In this document: piece by piece, positions 60,147-64,000 of the stretch
Numbering within the stretch: the stretch's first letter is position 1
Layout of the letters: each line of letters begins with the position of its first letter
Source: Colwellia polaris
Lineage (GTDB): Archaea > Nanohalarchaeota > Nanosalinia > Nanosalinales > Nanosalinaceae
Reading direction: 5' to 3'
Assembly (NCBI GenBank): GCA_047617785.1
Contig: JBLGBK010000002.1
Span: forward strand, 58,605 to 122,604
DNA length: 64,000 nucleotides
The notes under the pieces: generated by a model
Database searches by the model: none
Seen by the model: the letters and a program-made list of their open reading frames with translations, nothing else
Told to the model about the DNA's origin: nothing
Made by a program: the position numbers and the translations under genes

Positions 60147-60908
60147 ATGCGTCTAGAAAACAGTTTCATAATCGCGCCCGGTATAGGAGAGAAGACAGAA
60201 ACCAAACTCTGGAAGAACAACATCACTCATTGGGACGAAGTAGAGGATACCGGAAGACTAACCGCAAACAAGAAAGACAAGATAACCAGCTTCCTAGGCA
60301 AAGCACGAAAAAACCTTGAAGTCGAAAACACTGCATTCTTCAAGCAGAAACTGCCTCAGAACAGCTACTGGCGCATGTACGAAAATTTCAAAGAAAGCGT
60401 GTGTTTCTTCGATATCGAAACTACAGGCTTAGATAAGAAAAGGAACAGCGTAACCACCGTCAGCATCTACCGGAACGGAGAATCTAAGACACTGATTAAA
60501 GGCCAGGATTTGACACGCGAACGACTGGAAGAGGAGTTCTTTGACTCAAGCATTATCGTTTCCTTCAATGGGAAGAGCTTCGATCAACCCTTCCTAGAGC
60601 ATAACTACAACTTGAACATCGATAATCCGCACATCGACCTGATGTATCCGGCGCGGAAACTAGGTTACACCGGAGGACTGAAAAACATTGAGAAGGAGCT
60701 CGGAATAGCCAGAGATCTTGAGGAAGATATGGACGGCAAAGATGCTATCCGGCTGTGGAAGAAGTACAAGAAGAACAATGATGAAGAAGCACTGAATAAA
60801 CTGGTTGAATACAATCAATACGATACGGAGAACCTTCAGCGTTTGCTAGATATCGTCCATAAGAAACTAGATCGCCGTCATTTCAAGAAACACATCCCCG
60901 ATGAATGA
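60147..60908 (+). CDS. RNase H-like 3'-5' exonuclease (YprB-like) with N-terminal HhH
   Basis: PGIGEKT HhH; FFDIETTG, FNGKSFDQP, HIDL, YNQYD. Confidence 0.88.
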   Translation: MRLENSFIIAPGIGEKTETKLWKNNITHWDEVEDTGRLTANKKDKITSFLGKARKNLEVENTAFFKQKLPQNSYWRMYENFKESVCFFDIETTGLDKKRNSVTTVSIYRNGESKTLIKGQDLTRERLEEEFFDSSIIVSFNGKSFDQPFLEHNYNLNIDNPHIDLMYPARKLGYTGGLKNIEKELGIARDLEEDMDGKDAIRLWKKYKKNNDEEALNKLVEYNQYDTENLQRLLDIVHKKLDRRHFKKHIPDE

Positions 60909-60911
60909 CTA

Positions 60912-60922
60912 AATATTTAAAG
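60912..60922 (+). promoter_or_regulatory. candidate TATA box for the 60.95-61.55 kb transcript
   Basis: AATATTTAAAG about 25-30 nt before the structured region. Confidence 0.45.
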
Positions 60923-60954
60923 GGGCAACGCCAATAGTTCGATAGACAAAACAC

Positions 60955-61080
60955 ATGGCCTTGGTTAACAATACTAACTGGTTCACTGGAAACATGTCCA
61001 TGTTTATGGATTCAGTGAGACCCACCTTTAACCTGCACAAGGCCAAGGCTAATTCTATTATCTATCTGCTGGCAGCTTAA
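60955..61080 (+). CDS. 41-aa ORF ending in ssrA-tag-like ANSIIYLLAA (translation uncertain)
   Basis: MALVNNTNWFTGNMSMFMDSVRPTFNLHKAKANSIIYLLAA*; non-acidic; overlaps RNA hairpin 1. Confidence 0.3.
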   Translation: MALVNNTNWFTGNMSMFMDSVRPTFNLHKAKANSIIYLLAA

Positions 61081-61340
61081 AGCGGGATGACGCCTTGGCT
61101 TGATTTACAAGCCAGGTATCACGGCCGACCGCGAATAACTAAAAATTCTAGGAAAGGAGTGAAAAACGACCTCTAAAGGGTTGCATTCTCCTCTGAATGG
61201 TTTTTGACCTCTCTGTGGAACAATGAGGGAAAAAGACCAAGGAGAAACGAACTCTTCAACGTCTTTTTCTCTCCAGGCGCACCCTGCTTCAAGTGGCAGA
61301 GGTAGGGTGCAGCCGTCGGAAAAATCTCTTCACGACACAC
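60957..61340 (+). ncRNA. putative large multi-hairpin RNA (family unknown)
   Basis: At least six consecutive hairpins with G-U pairs favouring the + strand; long-range pairing to 61509-61543. Confidence 0.6.
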
Positions 61341-61402
61341 CACTACCAAGATAAAACACAGGATCAAACCACGAACGCGAAACCAGAGGTGAACAACACA
61401 CA

Positions 61403-61519
61403 ATGGACGCAAACACACGCCACTTTGAAACAGAGCTTGCAGCTCAGGAAGTTGAGGAACATCGAGAAGAGACACAAGTACATCCTGAAGCTGAAGTAAT
61501 GACGGCAACCGCTCTTTAG
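61403..61519 (+). CDS. 38-aa acidic small protein (below track cut-off)
   Basis: MDANTRHFETELAAQEVEEHREETQVHPEAEVMTATAL*; GAGGTGA SD at 61386-61392; genome-like acidic composition. Confidence 0.6.
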   Translation: MDANTRHFETELAAQEVEEHREETQVHPEAEVMTATAL

Positions 61520-61575
61520 AATAAAGAAAGAAGGTAGCTGCCAAATAATCGAATGCTCTCCGGAGAGCTAGCTAT

Positions 61576-62049
61576 TCAGTTTTCATAGGCAGCTGACTCG
61601 AACGCAGCCCAACCGTTAGCCATAGAGTCAAGTATTGAGGTAAAAGTACGCGCCGGCTTTATGACCTTGCGACGACCTTGAGACCCTTCTTTTGAATCAC
61701 GATACTCCAGATACTCATATTTGATAACACCAAGTCTTCTCAATTTAGGCAGTATATTGTTCTTCAGATTTGACTTACCTTTCTCATGACCCCATTCATC
61801 GAACGCATTCAATTTCTCAGAATCAATCTCGCCGTCAGACTTTAACTCGCGTAAGAATATTTTAGCATACTTGTTCCGTTTCGGCGACTGCTCGTGAGGG
61901 AAGAAAAGATCTACAAGTTTTTCCCAGTTCCAGGCACGTTCAGAACGCTTGAACTTCTGCTTATCTTCAGGTATGGCTATTGAATGCTTTGTCACAATCG
62001 TTGAGGTTTTCCGTGCTTCTTCATCTACAAACGGATGGTCGTCTGCCAT
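61576..62049 (-). CDS. K/R-rich winged-helix nucleic-acid-binding protein
   Basis: KSNLKNNILPKLRRLGVIKY..GRRKVIKP wing; unusually K/R-rich for this proteome. Confidence 0.7.
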   Translation of the reverse strand: MADDHPFVDEEARKTSTIVTKHSIAIPEDKQKFKRSERAWNWEKLVDLFFPHEQSPKRNKYAKIFLRELKSDGEIDSEKLNAFDEWGHEKGKSNLKNNILPKLRRLGVIKYEYLEYRDSKEGSQGRRKVIKPARTFTSILDSMANGWAAFESAAYEN

Positions 62050-62088
62050 AAATTATTATACAAAGAAGGTATACAAAAAGATTTGTAA

Positions 62089-62106
62089 ATTCGACAAAAG
62101 TCGAAT
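62089..62106. promoter_or_regulatory. perfect inverted repeat (candidate operator) in divergent promoter region
   Basis: ATTCGAC-AAAA-GTCGAAT. Confidence 0.45.
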
Positions 62107-62196
62107 AAACTAGTTATAGTAGCTGCTAACCAAAAAATAATAACTATGGCTTTCTAAAGCCTAACGTTTAAACATATAGCCGCCTTAAATCATATT

Positions 62197-63273
62197 ATGA
62201 AAACAAACATGCAATATATAGCAGTTATCATGTCGGCATTTCTAATGCTGACAGGTACTGCACTGGCGCAGAACACCACCAATTCCACAAATAGCAATTT
62301 ACCAAGTAACAACACCAGCGAAAACTCTTCTCAGCTGGGCGACGGAGTAATATCATACAATTTCAATATCCAAGGACTTCCTGCAGAAGCCTCTAACAGC
62401 GATGATCAAGAAGTAGATGCAGAAAGAGAGTTTGAAGCAGATCCTGATGAAAACGAAAACTTCACCATCAGCGAAGATGAAGCAGAAAGATCTGCATTAG
62501 AAGCTCTAGGAAGCGAAGAATGGAATTTAGACTCTAGCGAAAAATCAGATGGCTTATACGTTTTCGAGTACCAAAGAGGAGAAAGCGAAGCTGAAGTAGA
62601 AATAGACGGATCCACAGGAGAAGTAACTAGTCTAGAAGGAGAAGTAGAATATGAACCCGAAGAATCACGTGATGACCCAGTTATCCGGCTTTCAGGTTTC
62701 ATTGAATTCAATACCGGCGGATATGAAGTCGATATTGAAAGCGAAGAAGAAAACAGCAACGCAGACTTCACAGTAAGAATTGAAGAACCCGAAGAATCTG
62801 CAACCCAAGCAGTCACACGAACCTCCGTAGAAGAGGACTTAGAAGCGGAATCAGGACGGCACACCGTCAATCTTGAAGTAGTTAGAGACGGAGAAACAGT
62901 TCTCCAGAGAACGAAAGAAGTAACAGTCCCAGAAAGCCAGGAGGATTCAGAAAGTAGTGAAGAAGATAATCAGAGATTCGAACAAGATCCAGAGAACATG
63001 ACAAGAGAAGAACTAATCGAAGAGGTCAAAGATCTCAGAGAACAGGTTCTAGATCTTTCAGAAAGTATGAACAGACCGGATGAGGATAGTAATCAAAGAC
63101 AAGGTCCTCCTGAAGACGTACCGGCACAGCCAGGAGAAGATGAAGAAGAGAATGAGTCAGAAAGTAACGAAAGCGAAGAAAGGAGTCAGGGACCGCCTAC
63201 AGACACACCAGGCCAAGGAAGCGATAATCGACCAGGATTCGTTAACAATCTTCTCAACGGCATCTTCGGATAA
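62197..63273 (+). CDS. secreted protein with PepSY-like and PrcB-C-like domains
   Basis: Signal peptide (..TALA|Q); ISEDEAERSALE..EVEIDGSTGEV; NTGGYEV..ATQAVT; NxS/T sequons. Confidence 0.65.
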   Translation: MKTNMQYIAVIMSAFLMLTGTALAQNTTNSTNSNLPSNNTSENSSQLGDGVISYNFNIQGLPAEASNSDDQEVDAEREFEADPDENENFTISEDEAERSALEALGSEEWNLDSSEKSDGLYVFEYQRGESEAEVEIDGSTGEVTSLEGEVEYEPEESRDDPVIRLSGFIEFNTGGYEVDIESEEENSNADFTVRIEEPEESATQAVTRTSVEEDLEAESGRHTVNLEVVRDGETVLQRTKEVTVPESQEDSESSEEDNQRFEQDPENMTREELIEEVKDLREQVLDLSESMNRPDEDSNQRQGPPEDVPAQPGEDEEENESESNESEERSQGPPTDTPGQGSDNRPGFVNNLLNGIFG

Positions 63274-63347
63274 GAACAACCACCTCATTTATTTTTCTTC
63301 TTTTTTTACCTCATCGTATTTCAATCTTGAACATACCATTCTGATAC

Positions 63348-63851
63348 ATGAATTACAAGGACCTTTCACGGGAAGAACTTGTTGAAGCACTCCGGAAAAT
63401 GGAAGAAGAAGTCGAAAAGAATGAGAAAAATGCCGTGGAATGGGAGAAAAAAGCAAAGAAGATCAAAGCAGACTTCGAGAACTACAAGAAAGACGAAGAT
63501 GAGAGAAAAAAAGAATGGAAGAGAGACGCGCAAAAACAGTTGGCTGAAGAACTGATCGAAGTCATGGACAACATGGAACGCGCGCTTCTAACCGCGGATG
63601 AGGAATCTTCAGTTTACCAAGGTGTAAAGATGGTGGCCGATCAGTTATACGAAAAACTGGAGTCAAAAGGGCTTCAGAGAATTGACGCTGAAGGAGAAGA
63701 GTTCGATCCAAAGATGCACAAAGCTGTTGATACAGAAACGCACGACGAACACAACAGAATTATTGAACAGCGAAGGAAGGGCTACATGTACGATGACGAA
63801 GTTCTGCGGGAAGCGGAAGTAGTAGTCGGAAAATCTGATAATAATCAGTAA
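63348..63851 (+). CDS. grpE: nucleotide exchange factor GrpE
   Basis: ADFENYKK, DNMERAL, FDPKMHKAV, KGY..VLREAEVVV. Confidence 0.93.
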   Translation: MNYKDLSREELVEALRKMEEEVEKNEKNAVEWEKKAKKIKADFENYKKDEDERKKEWKRDAQKQLAEELIEVMDNMERALLTADEESSVYQGVKMVADQLYEKLESKGLQRIDAEGEEFDPKMHKAVDTETHDEHNRIIEQRRKGYMYDDEVLREAEVVVGKSDNNQ

Positions 63852-64000
63852 CAATAAGGGAAAAACCATGGCCTACAATGTAAACGAAAGAATTTCCGAG
63901 ATAAACGGGAAGTCTTACTAAACTCATATGAAATCTCGATAGAGACAGCGAAGAAACCTATTATACAGGTTCATTGATAGAAGTACATTTCTACGACCCT

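Noticed and set aside
60922-61350. Calling the locus a canonical tmRNA gene
   Set aside because: No acceptor stem pairing with GGGGC. CTTCAAGTG is not a canonical T-arm and the ACCA at ~61345 has no stem. Kept only as a tag-like observation.
61173-61544. Track ORFs 61173-61544(-) and 61293-61499(+)
   Set aside because: Atypical non-acidic composition and non-ATG starts; they overlap the better-supported SD-led 38-aa ORF.
60945-61545. RNase P RNA or 7S SRP RNA
   Set aside because: GAGGAAAGUCC/ACAGAA..GGCUUA and the SRP helix-8 signature were not found by eye on either strand.
1-64000. CRISPR arrays, tRNA/rRNA genes, transposases, inteins
   Set aside because: No spaced direct repeats, cloverleaf or T-loop motifs, DDE/integrase motifs, or intein-size insertions in polB, topA, cdc48 or radB were seen.

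Overview
Compact, gene-dense archaeal chromosome segment. It has a strongly acidic (salt-in) proteome, an archaeal histone, PolB, Cdc48, FtsZ and r-proteins, fermentative metabolism and very short intergenic spaces; this best fits a Nanohaloarchaeota (DPANN) genome (inference). Contents in order: glycogen/alpha-glucan and upper-glycolysis cluster (1-12.4 kb); two minD, leuS, slyD; ftsZ-secE-spt5-L11-L1-P0-P1 with insertions; alaS, hsp20, ybaK, tyrS, a decayed ogt pseudogene, serS; two tandem AbiEii/MenT-like nucleotidyltransferase paralogues; topA; a chorismate-to-Phe/Tyr cluster; radB, a Cas2-like gene, cdc48; C2H2-zinc-finger/DsbA membrane proteins; map, malic enzyme, ADP-forming acetyl-CoA synthetase, the PDH complex; polB, histone, an exonuclease, grpE. 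No rRNA, tRNA, CRISPR array or transposase was seen. The strongest unexplained signals are: (i) a ~600-nt multi-hairpin locus at 60.95-61.55 kb with two small ORFs below the track cut-off, one ending in an ssrA-tag-like ANSIIYLLAA-stop, flanked by an exonuclease and a K/R-rich winged-helix gene; (ii) a ~125-nt rod/pseudoknot RNA upstream of secE; (iii) the NTase pair beside serS; (iv) a ZnF-TM-DsbA family with a CxxC membrane partner. RNA structures were paired by eye and need computational confirmation.
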